Assembly (NCBI GenBank): GCA_963678235.1
Contig: OY782766.1
Location: 4,489,617 to 4,553,616, forward strand
Direction: 5' to 3'
Length of the DNA: 64,000 bases
Origin: Prolixibacteraceae bacterium
GTDB lineage: Bacteria > Bacteroidota > Bacteroidia > Bacteroidales > Prolixibacteraceae
Part shown: piece by piece, positions 1-9,137 of the stretch
Layout of the letters: every line of letters starts with the position of its first letter
Numbering within the stretch: position 1 is the first letter of the stretch
Position numbers and translations under genes: made by a program
The notes under the pieces: model-generated
Told to the model about the DNA's origin: nothing
The model's database searches: none
The model's input: only the letters and a program-made list of their open reading frames with translations

Positions 1-1135
1 TTGGTTTTGTGGCAATTGTTTGTTGGATTCCACCAAATCCGCCAGTGCCATGTAAATCTATACTTTGTTTGCCTTCAGAACTTTTAAAGTAGGTGCCTGT
101 TATATCAACCGAAGCTTTTATAACCTGCCAGCCTTCAATATCTTGTCCTGGATAATAACTCTTGTAGGATCCCACAACGGGTTGTTCGAAGCTTCCATTT
201 TTAACAAGGTTTTCTGTTGGTGTTGTTGTAATAATTTTTTGTCCTCCTCCATTAATAATAAGTGCAGGTCTTTTGTCAACATCGGAATGCTCACGCGCAT
301 AAAAACCATACATTGATTCGGGACCGGACACATAGTTTTCACCGGCTTTGATTGCCATTCCGTGGTTTGGCATTCCATTTAGCCATGATTTTACAAGCGT
401 TGTAATATCAACTTCAATAAACTTGTTGGTGCCGGCACCGGGATTAAAATATGCAACGGGATATGGATCGATGGATGGCTGGTTTATCCAGCAAATTTCG
501 CCGGAAGTTGCAATATTTGCTGGTTTATAGGTTCCATTTCCTTCATTCCAGGAGCTACGCACCGTATAAACCCCCAACTCTGCTGCCTGCGTTCCTGCAT
601 TGTGGTAATGGTACAATTTTAACACAGCCTTTTCGAAAGTCGATTTATCGATTCCTGAAACATCAAATTTTAGGTACGATCGTTTTTCGCCTCCGGTTGG
701 GTTCCAGCCAGCTCCAAGCACTTCATATTTGCCCCAATTGGCCCTGCTCCAATTCGAATAAGAGTAGGCATACACATGTGAATCCGCAATCGGTGATAGC
801 ATTGAGCCGCTGGAATTTATATTCGGTGTTTGTTGATTTAAACTAACAAGTACATTTTCTAAGGATGCTATTTCTATATTCAGGATATTTATCCTGCTTT
901 TTGAAGCCACCAATTGATCGGTAAAATCGTCTCCGCTAATTAAACAAGCTGGAGTATTATTTCCATATATGGCATAACCTTCCACGCCTTTTTCCCCGTT
1001 TTCGAGGCGTTTGAGTTCTTGTTTTTTTAGCCCCAACAGTTTTTGGCAATATTCTTCGAGGCTTGGTTGGGATACCTGCGCATATGCAGGAAGTATAATC
1101 GAGATAAGTACAATTAATATGCTGGTTTTTTTCAT
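1..1135 (-). CDS. Secreted hypothetical protein, 3' partial (runs off the window start)
   Basis: Minus-strand ATG at 1133-1135 (revcomp reads MKKTSILIVLISIILPAYAQVSQPSLEEYCQKLLGLKKQELKRLENGEKG...) with a classic signal peptide. I translated several segments down to position 2 without meeting a stop. It is absent from the ORF track because its stop lies outside the window. Confidence 0.5.
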   Translation of the reverse strand, partial: MKKTSILIVLISIILPAYAQVSQPSLEEYCQKLLGLKKQELKRLENGEKGVEGYAIYGNNTPACLISGDDFTDQLVASKSRINILNIEIASLENVLVSLNQQTPNINSSGSMLSPIADSHVYAYSYSNWSRANWGKYEVLGAGWNPTGGEKRSYLKFDVSGIDKSTFEKAVLKLYHYHNAGTQAAELGVYTVRSSWNEGNGTYKPANIATSGEICWINQPSIDPYPVAYFNPGAGTNKFIEVDITTLVKSWLNGMPNHGMAIKAGENYVSGPESMYGFYAREHSDVDKRPALIINGGGQKIITTTPTENLVKNGSFEQPVVGSYKSYYPGQDIEGWQVIKASVDITGTYFKSSEGKQSIDLHGTGGFGGIQQTIATKP

Positions 1136-1148
1136 GATTTTGTCCCTT

Positions 1149-2273
1149 TTAATTACATCCTAATTGTTTTAATTGCTCTTCTAATTTCGAGATTTCCCAG
1201 TTTATTTTTTCGAGGTTAAGCGTTTGAAGTTCAATGGATTTATTGAGTTGGTTTTTCCACTTCTCCGTATTGTATAGGTATGAAGCAGTCCCTCCACCTG
1301 CCCCACTTTGAAGTATTTGCAGATTCTTTTTATTCCAAACAGGATCATTGCCCAAAGTATTATTCTGGTATTCATTCAAATACCCAGTATTGTGCGGATT
1401 GTGTTGGTTAAGTGCATCAATTTGTTTTTGATAATCACCAATGCTTTGAATCGTCATTTTTCTTGCTTCGGTAAATATTGCAAGGCTCTTTTTAAGTTCT
1501 TCACATTTACTGTTTTCTCCCGGACATGGTATATCGCCGTTTGTAACATCAATTATATCGCCATTTGCGCAAACCTTTTTAACATCTTTTATCTGGCATC
1601 CTTCTCCGCGGGGGAAGAACCAAATTTCATATTCAATGTCTTGTGGTGCAGTGTAAGATACCTCACCTGTGCCATTTCTATTGTCATAAGCTCCCATGAT
1701 AGCCGTAACATCTAAAGTAACTTCTGTCCCCGCAGGAATATATCCCCAGAATTCACCATTTACATTAAATTCCTTGACAGTTCCACTCCAAACCTGACTT
1801 GAAAATGCAATGGTGTTTGTCCAGGCTGTAAATCCGGCTTTGGTTTGATGATCATTTAAATAAATCCGTGGGCCTTTTGCTCGTTGGTAAAGCCCAACAT
1901 TACAAGGCCCCATGACTGTAAATTGCCCTTTGTTAGGTGCTACAGACTTTCGAACTGTATTCTCCCATGGGGCAAAAGATCTATTTTCCCTATCCCAAAA
2001 CCCTCCTTTCCACCACTTACTTTCTGTACCCGTTGGCCCACCGTAAGATGCCCATGTTTCAGTAAAGTTGTGGTTTCCCGAAAGAATCATTTTACCTCCG
2101 GCGCTTGCCCATTGTGAAGCTTGTGTGTTTTGTGCGAACCCAACTATTGGAGTGAACATAAAACAGAGCAAAAATAATTGGAGTAGATAGTATCTTGGGC
2201 AAGTTAACACTACACAACTGAAAATTCGTTTTGGTTTTTTCATCGGTCGATTTTTGATAGGAATGACTATCAA
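1149..2273 (-). CDS. Secreted hypothetical protein (374 aa as given; the true start may be an internal Met)
   Basis: Long ORF with a hydrophobic N-terminal region (LLQLFLLCFMFTPIVGFAQ), and a C-terminal coiled-coil-like tail. It is tandem with the upstream secreted protein. No recognisable catalytic motif. Confidence 0.45.
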   Translation of the reverse strand: MIVIPIKNRPMKKPKRIFSCVVLTCPRYYLLQLFLLCFMFTPIVGFAQNTQASQWASAGGKMILSGNHNFTETWASYGGPTGTESKWWKGGFWDRENRSFAPWENTVRKSVAPNKGQFTVMGPCNVGLYQRAKGPRIYLNDHQTKAGFTAWTNTIAFSSQVWSGTVKEFNVNGEFWGYIPAGTEVTLDVTAIMGAYDNRNGTGEVSYTAPQDIEYEIWFFPRGEGCQIKDVKKVCANGDIIDVTNGDIPCPGENSKCEELKKSLAIFTEARKMTIQSIGDYQKQIDALNQHNPHNTGYLNEYQNNTLGNDPVWNKKNLQILQSGAGGGTASYLYNTEKWKNQLNKSIELQTLNLEKINWEISKLEEQLKQLGCN

Positions 2274-2422
2274 TATACAACATAATGTTTAAACATACAA
2301 AAGTTGGGAAGGGGGGTTTTTGGTCGGGAATTAATATAAAACGTTAAGTATGAGATTGGTATTTGTTAAAGAAGAAAAGAATTAATCTTGTAGAAAATCA
2401 AAGGTCTTATTCAGAACTCTGG

Positions 2423-4822
2423 TTAGTTTAATTTTAGTTTCCCGCTGATTCTTGTAACAAAGGTTGCAAATGCAACAACCGACACCGAACTCACAGGCAT
2501 TAAGATGGCTGCAACAATAGGAGAGAGGTTGCCCGAAATAGCAAATCCTATCCCGATGATATTGTAAAAAAACGAAATGGCAAAACTAAGTTTTACGATG
2601 GCAAGCGATGTTTTTGTGAAGCGGACAAAGCGTGCCAAAAGGTTAAATTTATCGGCTTCCAATACTGCATCGCTGGCGGGTGAGAAATGGTAAACTTTGT
2701 TGGCAACCGTAAGTGCCACATCGCTTTGCATCAGGGCTCCGGCATCGTTAAGCCCATCGCCGGTCATAAGTACGTGGGCACCATTTTTTTGAAGTTTTGT
2801 TATAAATTCCGCTTTATCCCCGGGTTTTTGATTAAAGAATAGTTTGTCAGATTCGAAAATTGACGAAAGGTTTTCCTTTTCCGAATCGTTATCCCCGGAA
2901 ATCATATAAAGGGTAAACCTGTTTTTGAGCGTGTTAATCACATCCTTAAATCCTTCGCGATATTCATTGGAAATTTTAAAGTGCCCGATTATTTCATCAT
3001 TAATGGAAATATGAACTTCGGAGCTTGCCTTTAGGTTTTCATCGTCTAAATGCTCTACAAATTCCTGCGATCCCAACCTGATTTCAAAGTTTCCGACTTT
3101 CCCAAAAATCCCTCTGCCTTCCACTTCCACAAAATGTTCAGGTTCATTGTAAGTTACATCCGTGAATTGGTTTGCAATGGCAATACTTAACGGATGTGTT
3201 GATTGCTTGGTCAGTGAGTAAATTGCTTGTTTTTCTTCGGCGGAAAGTATCTTCCCAACATATTCGATATTGTTTGAGTTTGGTTTGGTGAGGGTTCCGG
3301 TTTTATCAAAAACTATGGTATCGATATGCGATAATTTTTCAATAACATCGGTATTCTTTATGTATAAGCCTGTCTTTCCAAATATACGCATGGTATTTCC
3401 AAAAGTAAAAGGAATAGATAGGGCCAGTGCACACGGACAAGCAACAATTAATACTGCCGTAAATACGAAAACAGCAGTTTCGAATTCTCCTTTTGATAAC
3501 CAAAAAATAAACCCGCCCACAGCAATGGCAATCACAATAATCGTAAAGTATTTGCTAATGGTATCTGACAGGGACTTTAACGAATCGCTTGGTTTATTGG
3601 AAGTGTTGTCCTGGTTCCACAATTTGGTTAAATGGCTTTGGTTTACTTCGGCTTTTACTTTTATTTTAATGATTCCACCCATCTGCCGGCCTCCGGCATA
3701 AATAAAGTCACCTTTCTTTTTTATTACCGGAGTCGATTCCCCGGTTACAAAGCTGTAATCAATCCTTCCTTCACCTTCCACCAACTCGCAATCGGCCGGA
3801 ACCAGTTCTTTATTTCGGATAATCAGTTCATCGTCAACGCCAATGTGCTCAAGTAAAATGCTTTCCTCAATTTGTTTGTTGATTTTTGTTACAGCTATCG
3901 GAAAATACGATTTATAATTTCGATCGAACGAAAGGGCTTCGTAAGTTTTTCCTTGATACCATTTTCCAACCAGAAGAAAAAATATTAGGCCCGAAAGACT
4001 GTCGCTGTAGCCCGGTCCCTTGCCTGATATTACTTCGAACGACGTTACCAGGAACAAGACGATTATCCCGATTGCAATGGGCAAATCGATGCTGATGTTT
4101 TTCTTGGCAAGGTTTTTAAATGCCGAGATATAATAATCGCTTGCGCTATACAAAACAACCGGAATAACCAGGATATAACTAAGAATGCTGAAAAGGTCCT
4201 GCAAGCTTTCTTCAAGGGGTTCGCCATTAAAGTAGGCCGGGAGGCTGTAGGTCATCACATTGATAAATACAAATCCGGCAACTCCAATTCGGTATAAAAG
4301 CTTTTTGTAACTTTTTTTATCTTCCTTTTTGTCGGAAAGTGATAACGACAGGTCGGGAATATAATGCAAGGATGAGAGCAGTTCCACAAGCTTACGCAGG
4401 CTGATTGTTGATTTGTCAAACGTAATGTCAACCTCTTTTCTGGCGAAGTTCACAAATGAATATTTAATGCCTTTGTTGAGGGTGTGCAGGTTTTCCAACA
4501 ACCAAATACAGGATGCACAATGAATAACCGGGATAAAAAACTTCACTTTACATATATCGCCTTCCTGAAAAGAAATCAGTTTGTTTTGAACTTCTTCTTT
4601 GTCGAGGAATGCGTATTTATTACCGAGAACAGAAGTTTCGACTTTTATGCCCGGAGATTCTTCGAGTTTGTAATAGGTATAAAGTTTATTTTCATTCAGG
4701 ATTTGGTACACGGTTTTGCAGCCATTGCAACAAAAGGGCAGTTCGTTCCAATATTCAGGTGAGTTGCCACAATCGGCACCACAATGCACGCATGCTATTT
4801 TATTTGCTTTGTCTGATCCCAT
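2423..4822 (-). CDS. ccoI: Copper-translocating P1B-type ATPase, the cbb3 oxidase assembly factor CcoI/FixI
   Basis: Cys-rich N-terminus typical of CcoI (CVHCGADC...CCNGCKTVY), membrane CPC motif (ACPCALAL), phosphorylation site DKTGTLT, and hinge GDGLNDAGAL. It is the last gene of the cco operon. Confidence 0.85.
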   Translation of the reverse strand: MGSDKANKIACVHCGADCGNSPEYWNELPFCCNGCKTVYQILNENKLYTYYKLEESPGIKVETSVLGNKYAFLDKEEVQNKLISFQEGDICKVKFFIPVIHCASCIWLLENLHTLNKGIKYSFVNFARKEVDITFDKSTISLRKLVELLSSLHYIPDLSLSLSDKKEDKKSYKKLLYRIGVAGFVFINVMTYSLPAYFNGEPLEESLQDLFSILSYILVIPVVLYSASDYYISAFKNLAKKNISIDLPIAIGIIVLFLVTSFEVISGKGPGYSDSLSGLIFFLLVGKWYQGKTYEALSFDRNYKSYFPIAVTKINKQIEESILLEHIGVDDELIIRNKELVPADCELVEGEGRIDYSFVTGESTPVIKKKGDFIYAGGRQMGGIIKIKVKAEVNQSHLTKLWNQDNTSNKPSDSLKSLSDTISKYFTIIVIAIAVGGFIFWLSKGEFETAVFVFTAVLIVACPCALALSIPFTFGNTMRIFGKTGLYIKNTDVIEKLSHIDTIVFDKTGTLTKPNSNNIEYVGKILSAEEKQAIYSLTKQSTHPLSIAIANQFTDVTYNEPEHFVEVEGRGIFGKVGNFEIRLGSQEFVEHLDDENLKASSEVHISINDEIIGHFKISNEYREGFKDVINTLKNRFTLYMISGDNDSEKENLSSIFESDKLFFNQKPGDKAEFITKLQKNGAHVLMTGDGLNDAGALMQSDVALTVANKVYHFSPASDAVLEADKFNLLARFVRFTKTSLAIVKLSFAISFFYNIIGIGFAISGNLSPIVAAILMPVSSVSVVAFATFVTRISGKLKLN

Positions 4823-4928
4823 TTTCCAGGTTCAACAACCCTTGTCATTTGTCTTTTGTTTATCTAATTTGCCACCAAGTCACTAAGTCACAAAGAATTC
4901 ACTTACACAAAATGCAAGGATCAATTAT

Positions 4929-5324
4929 TTATACTACAAATCTTCTAATACCATCCTTAATTCTTGGTACGTTAAAGTTAATCAGAAAACCTAATCTGTT
5001 TCCGGTTAACTTTAAATGACTTAATATTTGTGCTTCCCACACTGTATTAACATTCTCTAATGCTTTGAGTTCACAAATTATCTGATCCTCAACTAAAACA
5101 TCCAATCGGAGACCTTCTTTAAATTGGATGTTATCATAAACAATTGGAATATCCAATTGTCTTTTAAATTCAAGTCCATGCTTTGCAAGTTCATGACAAA
5201 AACAAACTTCATAAACCTTTTCTAATAGCCCCGGTCCAAGTGACGAATGAACCTTGTACGCTGAATCAACTATCAATTTCGCAATATTTTCTGTTTCTTG
5301 ATCAACTTTTTTGTATTTCATCAT
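4929..5324 (-). CDS. GxxExxY-family protein (PD-(D/E)XK-like fold)
   Basis: 131 aa containing LGPGLLEKVYEVCFCHEL (G-x-x-E-x-x-Y) and the conserved C-terminal LINFN motif. It sits between tauE and ccoI in the middle of the cco operon. Confidence 0.7.
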   Translation of the reverse strand: MMKYKKVDQETENIAKLIVDSAYKVHSSLGPGLLEKVYEVCFCHELAKHGLEFKRQLDIPIVYDNIQFKEGLRLDVLVEDQIICELKALENVNTVWEAQILSHLKLTGNRLGFLINFNVPRIKDGIRRFVV

Positions 5325-5403
5325 GTGTGTTTTTAGGGAATTAAACTGGGTATTAATATTCGTGTTTCTTTGAGACTTTGTGCTTTTGTGGCATAAATCT
5401 TTT

Positions 5404-6171
5404 TCAATGCAAAAAATAACTACAACAATCCCCTTTGGAGCTTTTGTGCAGGGTTTCGTTTTCCTGTTTCAAGCTTTTTTCAAACTTTTTCTCAATTTTT
5501 TCTTTTGGAGGGCTTAAAAACGGAATACCAAGACTTAATCCCCTTAGTATAAAAAAGATCCCGACCAACACAACCAGGATTGGGATTAGCTTATTGATTT
5601 TATTTCGAAGGGCAGTACTAAATAAATTTCCCGCTAGCGAAATAGATAACATCATGGGTATAGTTCCAATGCCAAACAGAATCATGTAAAAAGCCCCAAG
5701 TGCAACCTCACCCGTTCCGATTGCCCCGGCAACAGCCATATACACCAATCCGCAGGGAAGTAAACCATTTAATAAGCCAATTAAAAACAAACTTGAAAAC
5801 GATCGGACAGTGAGCAATTTTCCCAGCGATTTTTTGAGCTTTCCAACAAACTTAAACCAACTTTTATCAAGTTTGTACTGGTTTTTAAAGAGGGAGGGGA
5901 AAAGTACTGAAATAATCATTAATGCTCCCATTATTACCGATACTTTTTGCTGAAACCCAATTAAGTGCAACCCTTGTCCCAACATCCCGAAAATAGCGCC
6001 CATTATTCCATAGGTTATTGCCCTTCCGAGATTGTATAAAGTTCCGCCAAAGATTTTTTGAGCAACAGTGTTTCCGTGCAACGGTAGTGCAATGGCAATG
6101 GGACCGCACATGCCTGCACAATGGAAACTGCCCATTAAACCAAGTAAAAGTGCTGATAATAAAATGGTCAT
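5404..6171 (-). CDS. TauE/SafE-family membrane protein (cco-cluster-associated permease)
   Basis: 255-aa polytopic membrane protein with a Gly-rich TM repeat (HCAGMCGPIAIAL) and a C-terminal CC pair. Its position between fixH and ccoI matches the cbb3 accessory clusters of Bacteroidetes. Confidence 0.65.
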   Translation of the reverse strand: MTILLSALLLGLMGSFHCAGMCGPIAIALPLHGNTVAQKIFGGTLYNLGRAITYGIMGAIFGMLGQGLHLIGFQQKVSVIMGALMIISVLFPSLFKNQYKLDKSWFKFVGKLKKSLGKLLTVRSFSSLFLIGLLNGLLPCGLVYMAVAGAIGTGEVALGAFYMILFGIGTIPMMLSISLAGNLFSTALRNKINKLIPILVVLVGIFFILRGLSLGIPFLSPPKEKIEKKFEKSLKQENETLHKSSKGDCCSYFLH

Positions 6172-6225
6172 TTGTATTGTATAAATAGTTAATATATAGC
6201 CGTTTGAAAGAATTTGGATGCGATT

Positions 6226-6672
6226 TTATTTATTGATGATTGTCTTTACTGCTTCGTATTTTAGCTCGTCAGAAACCCAGTTGATTTTAACTTCGTACCT
6301 CCCAAAAAGCAAATCAGACTTTAACACCGAAACCGTTTTATTTTCTGCATCTAAATTTACCAGAATATCGTGTGAGCTTCCTGCCGGATAATAAAAAAGT
6401 ACCGTTCCTGATTCAATTTTTGGCGCAAATTCCGGGGCAAACTTAATTGTGAATTTATCCGAATCTTCTTCCACTGAAACCTGGTTTTGAAACTCCACCG
6501 ATCGGGCGTTCATTTCCATTTGGTCGGTATAATTCACCCCTTTTTCGTAATACTCTTTATGAACCAGGTTTACATCCTGCGAAAAAGCAAAGTATATGAA
6601 TATCCCACACGCTGTTACAAACAATGTTAAGAATAGAAATATGCCTGTTCCCCAATTAAACTTAATCTTCAT
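6226..6672 (-). CDS. fixH: FixH/CcoH-family protein
   Basis: 148 aa with a single N-terminal TM and a periplasmic domain. It lies immediately downstream of ccoG, as in ccoGHIS clusters. Confidence 0.65.
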   Translation of the reverse strand: MKIKFNWGTGIFLFLTLFVTACGIFIYFAFSQDVNLVHKEYYEKGVNYTDQMEMNARSVEFQNQVSVEEDSDKFTIKFAPEFAPKIESGTVLFYYPAGSSHDILVNLDAENKTVSVLKSDLLFGRYEVKINWVSDELKYEAVKTIINK

Positions 6673-6922
6673 TACTTTTTTTATTTTCTCGTTAATTGAT
6701 AAAACCCTGCTCCCGTTTTAAATCGGGGTTATTGCAGCTACTTTGGTTTCTATAAATATTCATTTTAAAATAAAGTAGATTTGAGTACAGAGATTTGAGT
6801 ATTAAGGATTATTTTGATTTTTCTCTCTACTCATTTCTCAATGCTCTTGTCTGCATTGTTCAATATTTTTTAAATTTCATTCATTTTAAAGCCTTTTTAC
6901 TTGCAGTTAATAGTCGTTTAGT

Positions 6923-8326
6923 TTAAGGTCCAACAAAAGAGGTGGTATAGGTTTCCAATAATTTCTCACCCTTAAATATACCAAACTCTACTTTGGTTTT
7001 ATCGCTTTTTAGTTCGTCTTTCGGAATAAATAAAATAAAGGTCGTTTCAAAATAACTTTGATCTTTTACCACAATGTTGCTTCCGGCCAGTTGTATATTT
7101 CCTTTGTGCGACAATAATTTAATTTCCAATGGAATTTCGTCATGCGTTTTGTTTACAATTTTCATATTGTAAACATTTGAAATAGTGTTGTTTGCATTTT
7201 CCTGATACAGCAAGCCGGGTGTTCGCAAAATTGTGGTTTCAATGGCTGGTCGTGTTACCAGGGTATAAACAAAAAAACTGAAAAGAATCAGCAGTACAAC
7301 TGAATATGCCCTGTTTCTAGCATTCCAGATTGATTTTGTGCCGGTTTTGATATTGTGCATTGAGTCGAAGCGAATGAGGTTTGGTTCTTGTTCAACTGCT
7401 TTCATTACACTGTTGCATTCGTCAATACAAGCGGTGCAATTAATACATTCCAATTGGGTGCCGTTTCTAATGTCAATTCCTGTAGGACAAACCGAAACGC
7501 ACCTTTTGCAATTGATACAATCGCCTTCGTTTTTCCTTCCACGGGGCTCACCGCGCTGGTAGTCGTAGGTAACTACAATCGATTTCGAATCGAGCAAAAC
7601 TCCCTGCATCCTTCCGTAGGGGCAAACCATGGTGCAAATTTGCTCGCGGAAGTAGGAATAAACCCAATAAAAAAATGCGGATATCAAAAGCATGATTAGG
7701 AATCCTCCCAGATGCATTTGAATGGGCTCCCGGATCAATGTTAACCATTTTTCGGAGCCAATAAACCACATCAGAAAGGTATTGGTCATGGCAATCGAAA
7801 TCGATATAAAAATGCCGTGTTTAAGGGTTTTTTTGAAAATTTTTTCTTTTGTCCATGGACCATTGTCCAAATCAAGGCGCTTACGGTAATCCCCTTCAAT
7901 TAGGTATTCAATCTTGCGAAAAACCATTTCCAGAAAAATGGTCTGAGGGCAGGCCCATCCACACCAAATGCGTCCAAAAGTTACGGTAAACAAGATTATG
8001 AACAAGACAAACGATAGCATTAACAGAGCCAGGATAAAGGTATCCTGAGCCCAGAAAATCACACCAAAAATGATAAACTTTCGGGCAGCAATATCCATTA
8101 AAACAAAGGGATTACCATTGATCCGGATAAATGGGACTGCTACAAAAAAGACAAGCATAAACCAACTGAATATGGTTCTTCTTGTGTACCATTTTCCCTT
8201 CGGTTTTTTTGCGTAAACCCATCGTCTGTTGCCTTTTTCATCCATGTTGATGGGGCGTTCACGAAAAGTTTCTGATTTATCTGCCATATGTTCAAATTGG
8301 TTCGTCAAAAAAGGGAAACCTTGCAT
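6923..8326 (-). CDS. ccoG: Cytochrome c oxidase accessory protein CcoG (4Fe-4S ferredoxin membrane protein)
   Basis: Two ferredoxin-type motifs, CINCKRCVSVCP and CINCTACIDEC, plus several TM segments. Located in the cco operon. Confidence 0.85.
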   Translation of the reverse strand: MQGFPFLTNQFEHMADKSETFRERPINMDEKGNRRWVYAKKPKGKWYTRRTIFSWFMLVFFVAVPFIRINGNPFVLMDIAARKFIIFGVIFWAQDTFILALLMLSFVLFIILFTVTFGRIWCGWACPQTIFLEMVFRKIEYLIEGDYRKRLDLDNGPWTKEKIFKKTLKHGIFISISIAMTNTFLMWFIGSEKWLTLIREPIQMHLGGFLIMLLISAFFYWVYSYFREQICTMVCPYGRMQGVLLDSKSIVVTYDYQRGEPRGRKNEGDCINCKRCVSVCPTGIDIRNGTQLECINCTACIDECNSVMKAVEQEPNLIRFDSMHNIKTGTKSIWNARNRAYSVVLLILFSFFVYTLVTRPAIETTILRTPGLLYQENANNTISNVYNMKIVNKTHDEIPLEIKLLSHKGNIQLAGSNIVVKDQSYFETTFILFIPKDELKSDKTKVEFGIFKGEKLLETYTTSFVGP

Positions 8327-8350
8327 TTCCCTTCTAAAGTAAAAAATATT

Positions 8351-8929
8351 TTATTGGCTACATTTTTCGCCCTGAGGTGCTTTTGCGTTTTCAGGTGTGG
8401 TTCCCATAAGTTCACCTAAAATGTAGCTGGCAACCTGTTGGATTTTTTCATCGTTGATTTGTCCTTTAAAAGGGGTCATTCCTTTTGCCGGATTTCCATT
8501 TTTAATAATATTAAATACATCGTTGAACGAACAGCCATTTAGCCAGTATTCATCGCATAAATTGGGTCCAATAGCATTTCCTTCGCCATGCATACCATGG
8601 CAGGCAAAACAATTCATGGTCGTATAAACTTCACCCCCTTTTTTAAGGGATTCGTCGTCGGTTAGCATTACCAAGTCTTCCGAAGATTGATTTGCCAATT
8701 GGTATTTTGCATCGTGCAATTCGCTCTTTTTTGCATATTCTGCTTCCTGGTGATCGCCAACCCCAAGCCAAAAATAGTATGCCCCATAAATTATGGAGGC
8801 ACCAATGGTTATATAAAATATAGCCATAATCCATTTTGGTGGTGGATTGTCCAATTCTTTTATTCCATCGTATTCATGGTCGAGAATCGAATCCTGCAAT
8901 TCATCTGATTTTTGTTTATCTGTTGCCAT
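8351..8929 (-). CDS. ccoP: cbb3 oxidase subunit CcoP-like protein, monoheme (FixP N-terminal domain plus one cytochrome c domain)
   Basis: FixP_N signature HEYDGIKELDNPPPKW, one TM segment, and a single CxxCH (CFACHG). Confidence 0.75.
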   Translation of the reverse strand: MATDKQKSDELQDSILDHEYDGIKELDNPPPKWIMAIFYITIGASIIYGAYYFWLGVGDHQEAEYAKKSELHDAKYQLANQSSEDLVMLTDDESLKKGGEVYTTMNCFACHGMHGEGNAIGPNLCDEYWLNGCSFNDVFNIIKNGNPAKGMTPFKGQINDEKIQQVASYILGELMGTTPENAKAPQGEKCSQ

Positions 8930-8939
8930 AATTTTGGTT

Positions 8940-9137
8940 TTACGATTTTAAAGTTTGTAATCCTTCCCCTTCATCATCCCCTAAAATGGAATTTTTAATT
9001 TCATCCATTTCTTTATTTGAACGTCTCATTGTTTTTATGGTAATAACAATAAAAAGAGTTACAAAAATCAGCAGTCCAACAATATAGTAAATCTGTATGC
9101 CTTCAATTTCGCTAAGGATATTACTAATTATTTTCAT
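8940..9137 (-). CDS. ccoQ: CcoQ-like small membrane subunit of cbb3 oxidase
   Basis: 65-aa single-TM protein that overlaps the end of ccoNO by 14 nt. Same position as ccoQ in ccoNOQP. Confidence 0.5.
   Translation of the reverse strand: MKIISNILSEIEGIQIYYIVGLLIFVTLFIVITIKTMRRSNKEMDEIKNSILGDDEGEGLQTLKS

Noticed and set aside
3270-4095. Several plus-strand ORFs of 69-143 aa inside ccoI
   Set aside because: They are antisense to a well-supported P-type ATPase gene and have no start context or conserved motif.
4929-5324. The GxxExxY gene as a mobile element
   Set aside because: There is no transposase, no integrase, and no direct-repeat target duplication. It is kept as a CDS.
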